NCBI GenBank assembly: GCA_000004985.1
Contig: GG738905.1
Length of the DNA stretch: 64,000 bases
Source: Naegleria gruberi
Lineage: Eukaryota
Strand: one strand, 5' to 3'
The notes beneath the pieces are model-generated. The model was not told the DNA's origin, made no database searches, and worked only from the letters and a program-made list of their open reading frames with translations. Below are positions 56,739-64,000 of the stretch, piece by piece. Each line of letters begins with the position of its first letter. The stretch's first letter is position 1. A program made the translations under genes and the position numbers.

Positions 56739-56874
56739 CTGTATCTCTCAGTATTCTTCAATATTTTGTAATAATAATTGCAAAGTTCTCGTGAGAAAAA
56801 TTCTGAAAAATGTAATATTCTAAAAATTCTAAAAGTAACTTCATCTCCATCAAAAACAACAACAAAAAAAAAGA

Positions 56875-57564
56875 ATGACAATTTCTAAACCACCTCCATC
56901 TTCAGGTAATAATAATACCTCAACAGGAGCAGTAGAAGAATCCATTATTTTGCAACAAGCTTTATATTGTATAGAAGATAATTATGATGTGATGATGGCC
57001 TCACCAATCACGCTCCAACTCATCTCATCAATTTGTACCAATATTGTGACTCATCCGAACGAGGAAAAGTTTAGAAAGATTAAAATTGCCAATCCAAAGT
57101 TTAATGACTTTGTGATGGGCGTTGAAGGAGCTGTAAATTTATTAATGTTGTGTGGATTTGAAATTGATGATAGTGGAGAGTATATTATTCTCAAGAAGGA
57201 GAATTTTGTTGCTAGTGATTTGAAGGATTTGATTGCTGCCATTGATATCAAGACAAAGAATAATTTAACTACACCACAAAAGCCAAGTAGTAGTAGTTCA
57301 GCATCATCAAGTGTTGTGAAACCAACTGGTAGCAGCAGTTCAGTTTCCGATGCTGAAATAGAAGAGAGAAAGAAGAAAATGATGGAAGAAAAGAAAAAGA
57401 TTCAAGCTGAAAAGGACAAAATCAAGCAACAATTGCTTGCTGATAAGGAGGAAAGAAAGCATTTGCCAACTGGTGTTTGCTCTAGAAAGACTACCAAACC
57501 AAATAGCACTTCTAAAAAGACTTTTAGAGACATTGGCGTCGAGCTCAACAAGGGAGGAGGCTGA
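56875..57564 (+). CDS. PUB (PNGase/UBA-or-UBX) domain protein with S-rich linker and coiled-coil
   Basis: EEKFRKIKIANPKFNDFVMGVEGAVNLLMLCGFE matches the PUB-domain core. The KKKMMEEKKKIQAEKDKIKQQLLADKEERK segment is predicted coiled-coil. Confidence 0.5.
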   Translation: MTISKPPPSSGNNNTSTGAVEESIILQQALYCIEDNYDVMMASPITLQLISSICTNIVTHPNEEKFRKIKIANPKFNDFVMGVEGAVNLLMLCGFEIDDSGEYIILKKENFVASDLKDLIAAIDIKTKNNLTTPQKPSSSSSASSSVVKPTGSSSSVSDAEIEERKKKMMEEKKKIQAEKDKIKQQLLADKEERKHLPTGVCSRKTTKPNSTSKKTFRDIGVELNKGGG

Positions 57565-57910
57565 TGTTAATGGCAAGGAAGTTGAGAAAGAGATAGAATT
57601 TGATTGTTGTTCACTTGATTGGAAGAAGATTGAAAATATTTGAAATAGCTTAATTAGTATTTGAGAATCTTGATTCCAAAAAGTGATAGCATGTTTTGAG
57701 GATGACGATGTAAATGGTCAATTCAGCTTGTATTGCACCCTCAAATAGGTCAACAAGCAATCATTCACATCTGAGATCAACATGTTAAAACATGTCAAAT
57801 TTGAACTTGATTGATTTCTTTGCCTAGATATTTTAAATATCTTTTTATTAAATAATAAATTAATGATGTAAAACATTTCTACATTCCTCACACAAAGTTT
57901 AAATATCTAT

Positions 57911-58864
57911 TTACAAAGTACCGAATTGAACATAGACAGCTCTAAATTCCCATATTCTCTTCAATAAGAGACCTGCAAAACCAACAAAGATAGCACCAAT
58001 CAAGACAACAACAAGAGCCCACCAGTCAAATCCGATATGAGTTCCAAATTGAACAGCAAAATCCAAAACCAAATAAATTCCACTGAATGGAACAAGTGAA
58101 ACAATACTTGTAAACAACCACATACAAGCCAATACTAGAATAGTGTTGATATAATTCTTGTGAGTTTTCAAGAGACCAAAGAAGAATTCTTTCCTTATGA
58201 TCATTATGCATGATATTAAACCACAAGTAGCTCCAAACAAACTCATCAATGCAGCAATTACCAAACAAAAAACACTAATTCCACTAAAAAGACTCACTTG
58301 ATCATCTTCCAAATATCCGTTATCTTCATAATAATCCTCATTCTTATCATACTTTGCATGATAATCTTGCACAAAATCAATAGTCAACTTGATTTCAACA
58401 AATGACAAGATTAAAAAGATAACCGCATAAACGAAATTCAAAATTGCTGCAATCAATGGAATTAATACCCTGATAGGTTTTGGATCTCCAGCACCTCCCA
58501 CAACACTACTACTAATATCACTCTTTTCAATTGAAACTCTAATATTATCAACTGATGGTTCGGCAATTGGCTCTGTTCTTTCAACTTTTTCATCAACCGT
58601 TTCTTCATCATTAATTTTCTCCTTTTTTTCATGATAATGATCTTCGGAGGTATTATTTACTTCTTCTTCATGATGAGAAGATGATGTTGTTTCTTGTTGT
58701 ATCATTTCATCTTCCAATTCTATTGTTTCTTCGCGATAGACAGGTATTGTTGTTTGTTCTTCCTCTTCATGTTGTTCTTCATGTTGTTGTGATGATTCTT
58801 CGTTAATCACCTCATCAACCATATGACTCACAGTGTTGTTGTTGTTATTTTCATTATTGGACAT
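57911..58864 (-). CDS. hypothetical 4-TM membrane protein with acidic E/Q-rich N-terminus
   Basis: Real ATG. Four hydrophobic helices in the C-terminal 180 aa. Confidence 0.4.
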   Translation of the reverse strand: MSNNENNNNNTVSHMVDEVINEESSQQHEEQHEEEEQTTIPVYREETIELEDEMIQQETTSSSHHEEEVNNTSEDHYHEKKEKINDEETVDEKVERTEPIAEPSVDNIRVSIEKSDISSSVVGGAGDPKPIRVLIPLIAAILNFVYAVIFLILSFVEIKLTIDFVQDYHAKYDKNEDYYEDNGYLEDDQVSLFSGISVFCLVIAALMSLFGATCGLISCIMIIRKEFFFGLLKTHKNYINTILVLACMWLFTSIVSLVPFSGIYLVLDFAVQFGTHIGFDWWALVVVLIGAIFVGFAGLLLKRIWEFRAVYVQFGTL

Positions 58865-59162
58865 TTTTTTGCTAATTATTTTTTTTTTAAATCTTTTGTA
58901 AAATGTGTTTCAATTAATATTATTGGAGCAATGACTATTTGAGTGAGGGTTGCCAATTGGTTGTTGTGGAATGCATTGGAGAGTTGACTGCTTGTTGTGA
59001 AATGTATTGGTTTGTTGGGTCGCCCTTGTATGTAAAATAATTGTAATGATATTTTAAATCTCCGATTCAAATTCGAAACTTAGTTCTATTGGGGAATCCA
59101 AAAGATGCATTCAGAGTGATAAGTAAGATATTCAAGATCCTATTGTTTGTAAAATAAATAAT

Positions 59163-62100
59163 TTATATTCTTCTTTCACTTTGTGAGTAAGTGTTGGCAT
59201 TTCTGTTACCACCATAATTGTTTTGTTGGGAAGCATAAGGACTTTGTCTAGCTTGGGAGTATGGGCTAGTAGATGGTTGTTGATTGGATGGTTGTTGATT
59301 GTTGTTGGCAGTAGTGGAATAAGGTGATTGTTGGGCAGCAACTGTGGCAGCGTATGGACTTTGGGAGTAAGGTGATTGTTGAGGAGTTGAGGAAGCATAA
59401 GGTGATGGGGCATACGGACTTGTTTGTGGTGTAGAACTGTATGGAGACTTTTGATAATTATTGTTAGAATTGGACGAGTATGGACTATTTTGATAATTTG
59501 GAGGATTAGTTCTTTGACCTCTATCATATGAATCATCTCTTCTTTGATACCTACTATCACCACCATAATTTCTATTTTCATTTCTATTATCATTTCTATT
59601 ATCATTTCTATCAGAATAGTTGCGATTATTATTTCTATCACCAGAATAGTCTCTGTTGTATCTGTTGTTATTATCATTTCGGTTATTATCATAGTTTCTG
59701 TCAGAATTATTTCTATATGAATTATTTCTGTCATCTCTATTGTCATTTCTTTGGTAATCCCTGTTATCATTACGTTGATAATTCGATCTGTCACCTCTGT
59801 CATAATTTCTATTATCTCTGTTATCATTACGTTGATAGTTATTGTCTCCTCTATTTCTATTGTGGAAGTTGCCACTTCTTGAAAAGTCTACACGTTCTCT
59901 ATTGTTATAGTCGTGTCTGCCTCCACCTCCATTTCTTCTAAAGCTCAAATAGTTATTTCTTGGTTTACCATTCATAATATTATCAATCATTTCTCTTGAA
60001 GAGCAGAAAGTGACAGTCTTTTCACCATTTTGTCCAATTACAACTGGAACACTGCCTGAATCCAAAATTGTTGGCAACATTCTTGGAGGAAGTGTTACAT
60101 TTGGTAATAATTTGGCAATATACTTGCACTTGGATTTTTCAACCAATGGGAAATCAAAACAAGCACTAACAGCTGCAGTCTCTGCAACATCATCTAATAA
60201 ATCAGCTTTCCATGGTACCTTAACCATATCTGAAGGTGCCACCGAGAGTGGATCTTGTCTGAATGTACCTGCAACATCTTTTGATGCCTTATTAAAGTCA
60301 ACAAAGGAACTATCATCCAAATAGCATGACATGATTGAATTTTGGAGTGGATGTTCAAAGTGAACATATAGAGTAGTATTGCCTAGAGTATTTCTTTCCT
60401 TTTCCTCACTTGACAATTTAGGTTCAACAGTCTTGATGGCTGCTTGTAATTCTTCTTGATCAATGAAAGGAAGTAAGCATACACCCATCCATGTCTTGGT
60501 CTTTCCATTCAAATCAATCTTGAAATCTGTAGGGTAATAGTTAATAATTGGACTATCATCAGACAACATCAATTCACGATAACATGGAGGAAGAGCATGA
60601 GAACTTCTTGGAGGTAAAACACCCAACAATTGAGAGAAAGGTTTGTAAGGTTGACCTTTCTTAAAATTGAGACCAAGTTTTGAACTATCAACCATGGCCA
60701 TATCAGAAGCAAACGGAGCAAAATGGTAAGGATAGAACCAATCCCAAGAATCACAACCAGTATAATAATATCTAAATACCCAAACCAAACCTTCCAAATA
60801 TTTCAAAGAAACATCCCAATATTCATCAGTTCCAATATTAATATCCATCTTGTCCTTGTAATATCTTTCCTTCCATCCCTGAGAACCCAATTTCACTGTA
60901 TCAGGGAATTTTTCGGTATCAACATTCTTTGCTTCATCAAGTCTTAATTTCAAGCTATCTTGATATTGTTTGGAATCCATTTTAGAGATGGAAGATGAGG
61001 CAGCACCTTCAACCGAAGTTGTGGCTGTAGATGATGGTTCGGATGGTTGTTCCTCAGTTTCTTTTAACTTTTTTTCAACAGGAGCTTCCTCTTCCAATTC
61101 TTCATTTTCCTCCTCATCCTTTTTTCTTTTACCTAGGAATGATTTTTCAGGTGTATTTTCCAATCCTTGCTTTTTTCTGAAATCTTCATATGGATTTGTA
61201 ATGTGACCAAACTTTCCACGATGTTCTTTCAAAATTGGAACAATTTCAACACCTTCAGGTTTGTATGATTGATCCTTTCTTTCCTTTTGTTCACGCTTAC
61301 GTTGTTCTTGTTGTTTTTTAAAGTATTCTTCTCTCTTTTCTCTGACAGAGAATATTTTATCTTCATACTCTGAAACTTGTTTGAGCAGATACTGGACACG
61401 TGAAACATTGACATCACCATTTTCTGTAAGATAACCACCCATAACAGGTAAACTCTCCTTGTACAATGCAAGTAACAAGTCAATTGCACCTTCTCTAATA
61501 TCCAAAGAAGGTAAATGAGGTAAGAAATCGTTACCAACAAAGAAGCAAATAAAGACAAAATCATCCAAGCCTCTCTCAAATTCATATTGGAACGGAAGAC
61601 GATCAGTTTCTTGTAGCAATTCAATTTCCAAATATTCTCTCAGTACACTAATGTGTAAAATTTCTAATGGCTTGTATTCATAGGGATGGGCACCACTATT
61701 CTTCTTTTCCACATCATAACCCTTTCCTCCAGAATTTTTACCAAAATTGACTTTTTCTCTTAGATTGTAAAAGTATGGTTCGTGTGTTGCAAGAGCAAGC
61801 ATTGTAAGATCAGCATCCAATCCATGGATAACATGACTAGTATTTGGATTATATCCTTTCATTTCTCTTTGGGATCTAATAAAATCCATAATTTTATGTT
61901 CTCCTTCACCTGGAACATTTGCATCACTTAAAATAATTTTGACCTTTTTCCATCCTTCATCAGTGGTCAACTTCATGTGAATGAAATATCTTAGAGCTTT
62001 TCCTAGACGATACATGAAAGGAGTACCAGGAGTAATCACGTTTGAATCCCAATTATCTCCTGCAGGGTGAATTTCAAAATATTCATCCTCTTCCTCCTCC

Positions 62101-62771
62101 TGATTATTATTACTATCTTCAAATTCTTCATTGAGTGGCATATCATTATCTTCCATTAATAAACTAGCTAATTCCTTATTCTTGAAAGAAGAAAGTTTTT
62201 TCTTTTTCAAAATTCTAATTGGTTTCTCTGCAATAGAATCAATCTTTTCTGGTGGTGGTTCTAATCCACGACTAATTAATTCCTCACGTAAATCTCTTTC
62301 AACTTTCTTTTGATCTTCCATATCTTTTGCAGATTTATAACGACGAGCACGTTGTTGATTTTGTTTGGCTCTCGGAGCAGGACCATCAACAGCCATGAAT
62401 AAAACTTTTCTTGGTCTGATGGCTGCATAAATTCTCTCTACATATTCAAAGATCTTTTCATACATTTCTTCTTCTGTTTTAGGTGCTTCTTCATCTTCTG
62501 GATGGCAACAAGGGTGAATAATACCATTCATATCCAAATATAAATTATCAAATTCTTTTCCGTTAGGATTTGGTTTGGTTGTATCAATTCCTTGGGTTAC
62601 AATTCTAACAGTCTTCTTTTTAATGGTTGGTAATTGTCCATCAGCAACCTCAAAATCATCATAATTTGATGAAATTGTTGTTTTTTGTACTGTAGGTATT
62701 TCTTCAACACATTCCGATACAATATTTGGATATTTCTCTGTTAAATATCTATATAATCCTGGTACACCCAT
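59163..62771 (-). CDS. 5'-3' exoribonuclease, XRN family (Xrn2/Rat1-like size), with RG/DN-repeat and SPY-repeat C-terminal tail
   Basis: N-terminus MGVPGLYRYLTEKYPNIV. The conserved acidic active-site region has LYLDMNGIIHPC, FMAVDGPAPRAK, ILSDANVPGEGEHKIM and GLDADLTMLAL. A single 1202-aa ORF with real ATG. The tail has DNRDNRNYDRGDRSNYQRNDNR repeats followed by SPY(S/A) repeats. Confidence 0.85.
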   Translation of the reverse strand: MGVPGLYRYLTEKYPNIVSECVEEIPTVQKTTISSNYDDFEVADGQLPTIKKKTVRIVTQGIDTTKPNPNGKEFDNLYLDMNGIIHPCCHPEDEEAPKTEEEMYEKIFEYVERIYAAIRPRKVLFMAVDGPAPRAKQNQQRARRYKSAKDMEDQKKVERDLREELISRGLEPPPEKIDSIAEKPIRILKKKKLSSFKNKELASLLMEDNDMPLNEEFEDSNNNQEEEEDEYFEIHPAGDNWDSNVITPGTPFMYRLGKALRYFIHMKLTTDEGWKKVKIILSDANVPGEGEHKIMDFIRSQREMKGYNPNTSHVIHGLDADLTMLALATHEPYFYNLREKVNFGKNSGGKGYDVEKKNSGAHPYEYKPLEILHISVLREYLEIELLQETDRLPFQYEFERGLDDFVFICFFVGNDFLPHLPSLDIREGAIDLLLALYKESLPVMGGYLTENGDVNVSRVQYLLKQVSEYEDKIFSVREKREEYFKKQQEQRKREQKERKDQSYKPEGVEIVPILKEHRGKFGHITNPYEDFRKKQGLENTPEKSFLGKRKKDEEENEELEEEAPVEKKLKETEEQPSEPSSTATTSVEGAASSSISKMDSKQYQDSLKLRLDEAKNVDTEKFPDTVKLGSQGWKERYYKDKMDINIGTDEYWDVSLKYLEGLVWVFRYYYTGCDSWDWFYPYHFAPFASDMAMVDSSKLGLNFKKGQPYKPFSQLLGVLPPRSSHALPPCYRELMLSDDSPIINYYPTDFKIDLNGKTKTWMGVCLLPFIDQEELQAAIKTVEPKLSSEEKERNTLGNTTLYVHFEHPLQNSIMSCYLDDSSFVDFNKASKDVAGTFRQDPLSVAPSDMVKVPWKADLLDDVAETAAVSACFDFPLVEKSKCKYIAKLLPNVTLPPRMLPTILDSGSVPVVIGQNGEKTVTFCSSREMIDNIMNGKPRNNYLSFRRNGGGGRHDYNNRERVDFSRSGNFHNRNRGDNNYQRNDNRDNRNYDRGDRSNYQRNDNRDYQRNDNRDDRNNSYRNNSDRNYDNNRNDNNNRYNRDYSGDRNNNRNYSDRNDNRNDNRNENRNYGGDSRYQRRDDSYDRGQRTNPPNYQNSPYSSNSNNNYQKSPYSSTPQTSPYAPSPYASSTPQQSPYSQSPYAATVAAQQSPYSTTANNNQQPSNQQPSTSPYSQARQSPYASQQNNYGGNRNANTYSQSERRI

Positions 62772-62905
62772 GGTGATGAATATATATTATTAGAATGGTG
62801 CTGATGATCAAACGATGATGATGAAAAACAACAATCGATGACGATCAAATTTTTTTTGAACTTTTTTAATAAAATTATAAAATACTTTTGGTTCAATTAA
62901 ACGGC

Positions 62906-64000
62906 TCAAATTCTTAGCATGTTGAAAACTTCCTTCTTGAGGGAATCTAATAGGATTGGTTTGTAAATGACAGAGTCAAAACCATGACCCACTAGAGTAT
63001 CAACACTTTCCCAAGTATTGGCTGTAATGGCTAAAATTGGTGTTTGTTTTTCAGTTTCGTTTTGTTTCTCTGCTTTACGAATCATTTCACATGCTTCCTT
63101 ACCTGAAAGAATTGGCATGAAACAATCCAACAAGATAATGTCGTACTTCTTTCGTTTGTACATGTTGAAACATTCCATTCCATCACAGGCTACATCAATA
63201 TCTTTAAATCCAATAACTCTTAGCATTTTGGTGAGGATTTTCCTATTAACTGCATTATCATCTACAACAAATATTGATTTCTTACTAATGTCAGGTCGAA
63301 TAGGACTGGATGGGTGGTGAGATTCTGATCTTTCACTTGTTGGAGAGGCTGTTTCTACTCCCAAGAATGTTGGCATGCTGCCTACTTCAACAATTGATTG
63401 TCTTGGGGTACAACTGGCTTTCTTGCAATGTGCATTGTGCGGTTTCTCTTTCAACACCAAATCAGCCAAATCAACAAACTTGATCGGTTTGGTCAGGTAT
63501 GAGAAAGTTTGATGATGTCTTGTTTCTCCTCTGAATATTGAAGGAATTATCATGCAATTCAATTGTTCCACAAATCTAGTGCCTTGAATTTGAGTACAGA
63601 ACGATTCTGGGCAGAAAATCATATATTTACAGGAATGATCTGCAACATGGAGAATATTTTCAGATTCTTGAACAAAATCTGCATGAGTTTCAAAATCTTG
63701 AATAAGCACAACTCGTTTGAACAAGTTCAAATAGGAAGACAGTACTTGTCTAAAAACTGGATCCTCATCAATAATGATAATACTCAAATCTTGTGATTGA
63801 TCTTCACTTAGAACGTCCAATAAATTTTCTGGATTCAAATTAATGTGAGTTGAGGAAGAAGAGCCTTCAGAATCTGTAACTTGCTCTTGTTTGTCCATTT
63901 CTTCGAGAGGGATATAGACGTTCATTGTTGTTCCTTCTCCTACTCTTGAGTTGACAATAATCTTTCCTTCCATTTTCTCAATAATTTGCTTAGTAATATT
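62906..64000 (-). CDS. hybrid sensor histidine kinase, C-terminal part (end of HATPase_c plus receiver domain); 5' portion beyond window end
   Basis: The frame stays open to the window edge. GKIIVNSRVGEGTTMNVYIPL is the G2 box end of an HK ATPase domain. The receiver domain is IFVVDDNAVNRKILTKMLRVIGFKDIDVACDGMECFNMYKRKKYDIILLDCFMPILSGKEACEMIRK (DD...D...K pattern). Confidence 0.75.
   Translation of the reverse strand, partial: NITKQIIEKMEGKIIVNSRVGEGTTMNVYIPLEEMDKQEQVTDSEGSSSSTHINLNPENLLDVLSEDQSQDLSIIIIDEDPVFRQVLSSYLNLFKRVVLIQDFETHADFVQESENILHVADHSCKYMIFCPESFCTQIQGTRFVEQLNCMIIPSIFRGETRHHQTFSYLTKPIKFVDLADLVLKEKPHNAHCKKASCTPRQSIVEVGSMPTFLGVETASPTSERSESHHPSSPIRPDISKKSIFVVDDNAVNRKILTKMLRVIGFKDIDVACDGMECFNMYKRKKYDIILLDCFMPILSGKEACEMIRKAEKQNETEKQTPILAITANTWESVDTLVGHGFDSVIYKPILLDSLKKEVFNMLRI

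Noticed and set aside
59132-59875. 247-aa minus-strand ORF rich in I/E/T/M overlapping the XRN 3' end
   Set aside because: It is an alternative frame of the RNDNRD/SPY repeat-coding region, with artificial low-complexity composition. The XRN frame is continuous with the conserved catalytic domain.
1-64000. CRISPR arrays, rRNA or tRNA genes, prokaryotic operon structure
   Set aside because: None seen. Direct repeats present are protein-coding tandem repeats or transposon terminal repeats. Genes have GT-AG introns and eukaryotic signals. I could not run a tRNA scan, so a short tRNA could have been missed.

Overview
This is eukaryotic nuclear DNA, not prokaryotic. It is AT-rich (roughly two-thirds A+T by eye) with many short GT-AG spliceosomal introns of about 30-120 nt, plus two longer ones of ~280-315 nt. 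Proteins carry abundant poly-Q/N/S/T low-complexity tracts, and genes lie on both strands at about one per 1.5 kb. The gene content (alpha-kinase domain, hybrid histidine kinase, membrane class III cyclase, DIRS-type tyrosine-recombinase retrotransposon, F-box and SAM proteins) fits a dictyostelid-like amoebozoan. That assignment is inference only. I call about 40 protein-coding genes. Those with a recognisable product are an XRN 5'-3' exoribonuclease, an ADCK/UbiB kinase, an aldo-keto reductase, a class 3 lipase, a bacterial-type PepD dipeptidase with an intron, a UBE2Q-like E2, a thioredoxin-fold membrane protein, an M50B-like metalloprotease, a PUB-domain protein, a CD225-like protein, and a PAS-containing polytopic nucleotidyl cyclase. 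The window also holds a tandem array of four single-C2-domain genes with Q/P/G/Y-rich tails, a small secreted tandem-repeat protein embedded in that array, and one nearly complete DIRS-like retrotransposon (40.5-45.2 kb) with an unusual A-B...B-A direct-repeat layout. There are three 50-N scaffold gaps (3050-3099, 5190-5239, 44926-44975); two of them cut genes or the transposon repeats. I recognised no rRNA, tRNA or CRISPR. The ORF table used a permissive start-codon set: several listed M residues are TTG or GTG, so true starts and exon joins were re-derived by hand. Splice coordinates are approximate (+-1-3 nt).
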